Assembly (NCBI GenBank): GCA_036479435.1
Contig: JAZGFI010000111.1
Coordinates: forward strand, 1 to 17,310
From: Planctomycetota bacterium
GTDB lineage: Bacteria > Planctomycetota > GCA-002687715 > DRQF01
DNA: 17,310 nt
Direction: 5' to 3'
A program made the position numbers and the translations under genes. Shown here piece by piece: positions 15,562 through 17,310 of the stretch; within the stretch, counting starts at the first letter, position 1, and each line of letters starts with the position of its first letter. Below the pieces are notes generated by a model that had not been told where the DNA came from, did not search any database, and was given only the letters and a program-made list of their open reading frames with translations.

Positions 15562-17187
15562 ATGGACATATCGCCCGTGGTCAAGTCAACGCTGGCAGCT
15601 TTTGCTGAGCGCTTCTCGTCAAACAGCCCTGAGGGGCCGCCGCGCTCGCTCTTCACGCTGGGAACCGCCAAAACCGAACTGCTAGCGGGGCTGACGGTCG
15701 CCTTGGCTCTGATCCCTGAGGCCGTGGCCTTTTCCTTCGTTGCTGGCGTACACCCTTTGGTGGGCCTGTATGCCGCCTTCATGGTCGGCCTCATCACCGC
15801 GGTCTTGGGCGGTCGACCCGGCATGATTTCCGGAGCCACCGGCGCCTTGGCCGTCGTCATGGTGTCCTTGGTCTCGGAGCACGGCGTCGAGTACTTGTTT
15901 GCCGCCGTGGTGCTGATGGGCATCATGCAAATACTCGCCGGAGTCCTACGCCTCGGAAAGTTCATCCGCTTGGTGCCCCACCCCGTCATGCTGGGTTTTG
16001 TAAATGGGCTCGCCATCGTCATCTTCATGGCTCAGCTCACCCAGTTTCAGGTCACCGGATCTGGTGGTGACAGGGTTTGGATGACGGGCGGCCCCTTGTC
16101 GACGATGCTCGGCCTCGTGGCCATGACCATGGGCATCATCTGGTTCATGCCCAAGATCACTAAGGCAATCCCAGCCCCCTTGGCGGGCATTGGCATTGTC
16201 GCGGCCGTCGTCATCGTCTTCGGCATCGACGTGCCCCGCGTCGGTGACCTGGCCTCCATCAAGGGCGGCCTCCCGGCATTTCACATTCCTGGGGTTTCAA
16301 TGTCTTTCGAGACCTTGAAGATCATCTTCCCCTACTCCCTGGTCTTGGCTGCCATCGGGCTGATCGAAAGCTTGCTGACGCTCAACCTCGTGGGCGAGAT
16401 CACCGAGAAACGGGGCGGCGCCTCCAAAGAGTGCGTCGCTCAAGGTCTCGCGAACACCGTGACGGGAATGTTCGGCGGCATGGGCGGCTGCGCGATGATC
16501 GGGCAGTCAATGATCAACATCAAGTCCGGCGGGCGCACGCGGCTTTCCGGCATCGCGGCGGCGCTGTTTTTGTTGGCCTTCATCATGGTCGGTTCGCAAC
16601 TGATCGAGCAGATCCCGCTCGCCGCCTTAGTTGGCGTCATGTTCATGGTCGTGGTGGGTACCTTCGCCTGGCAGAGCCTCACGATCTTGAAGCGCATCCC
16701 CCTAGCCGATGCCTTGGTCATGATTCTCGTTACCGCGGTGACGGTCATGAGTGACCTCGCCCTTGCCGTCATCGTCGGGGTTATCGTGTCGGCCCTGGTG
16801 TTTGCTTGGAGCAACGCGCGGCACATCCACGCCGTCGCCAAAACGATGCCCGACGGCTCAAGGATCTACCACATCGAGGGACCGCTATTCTTCGGTTCCA
16901 CCGAGGGCTTCGCGGAAGTCTTTGATCCCAACAACGACCCCGACCTCGTCATTGTCGACTTCGCCAACAGCCGTGTCGTCGACCAATCGGCCCTCCAAGC
17001 CATCGAGACCCTCGCCTCAAAGTACGAGGCCCTGGGAAAAATCCTTCAGCTTCGCCACCTAACCCACGATTGCCACCGACTCCTCAAACGAGCCGGTCAA
17101 CTCATCGTCGACGCCGACGACGATCCGGACTACGAAGTCGCAGTCAACTACTCGGTCAAGACCGGGACCTTCGGCGGCGGGCACTAG
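15562..17187 (+). CDS. SulP (SLC26) family inorganic anion transporter with STAS domain
   Basis: LAGLTVALALIPEAVAF, GGRPGMISGATGA, GGCAMIGQSMIN and STAS motifs GPLFFGS / DQSALQAI. Confidence 0.95.
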   Translation: MDISPVVKSTLAAFAERFSSNSPEGPPRSLFTLGTAKTELLAGLTVALALIPEAVAFSFVAGVHPLVGLYAAFMVGLITAVLGGRPGMISGATGALAVVMVSLVSEHGVEYLFAAVVLMGIMQILAGVLRLGKFIRLVPHPVMLGFVNGLAIVIFMAQLTQFQVTGSGGDRVWMTGGPLSTMLGLVAMTMGIIWFMPKITKAIPAPLAGIGIVAAVVIVFGIDVPRVGDLASIKGGLPAFHIPGVSMSFETLKIIFPYSLVLAAIGLIESLLTLNLVGEITEKRGGASKECVAQGLANTVTGMFGGMGGCAMIGQSMINIKSGGRTRLSGIAAALFLLAFIMVGSQLIEQIPLAALVGVMFMVVVGTFAWQSLTILKRIPLADALVMILVTAVTVMSDLALAVIVGVIVSALVFAWSNARHIHAVAKTMPDGSRIYHIEGPLFFGSTEGFAEVFDPNNDPDLVIVDFANSRVVDQSALQAIETLASKYEALGKILQLRHLTHDCHRLLKRAGQLIVDADDDPDYEVAVNYSVKTGTFGGGH

Positions 17188-17310
17188 TCCTCGAACAAGC
17201 GCGCATTTTGACTTTGGGGTCGTGACGAGAAGGATTGCCGTCGAGGCGTACCGCGTCTGCAGTACGTTGAAATCGGTCGGGTTCCATTGATCACGTTTTT
17301 CACCTTGCAG

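Noticed and set aside
17188..17310. Possible 3' end of a minus-strand gene at the window edge
   Set aside because: The open frames are short and unrecognisable, so no call can be supported.
1..17310. CRISPR array, tRNA/rRNA, transposase, integrase or reverse transcriptase
   Set aside because: No regularly spaced repeats, cloverleaf or characteristic catalytic motifs were seen.

Overview
GC-rich bacterial chromosomal window, probably Planctomycetota (inferred from the ECF sigma factor / Ser-Thr kinase pair). In order it contains: (1) the end of a xanthine-dehydrogenase-family molybdoenzyme operon (Mo subunit C-terminus, [4Fe-4S]-type FAD subunit, small Cys-rich ORF, terminator); (2) a 493-aa secreted orphan convergent with an ECF sigma + membrane TPR Ser/Thr kinase operon; (3) an enoyl-CoA hydratase/isomerase; (4) a bfd-bfr iron-storage locus with three Fur-like boxes, whose bacterioferritin lacks two ferroxidase ligands; (5) a threonine/serine dehydratase; (6) an accessory-looking patch of short genes at about 9.9-15.4 kb; (7) a SulP/STAS anion transporter. 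The patch holds DUF6194-like, MOSC, small membrane, SAP-like and SnoaL-like proteins plus a frameshifted gene. It centres on a stand-alone GSU2403-like nucleotidyltransferase whose start codon abuts a 34-bp palindrome, the best candidate here for an undescribed system. No rRNA, tRNA, CRISPR array, integrase or transposase was seen. Family assignments come from motif recognition, not database searches.
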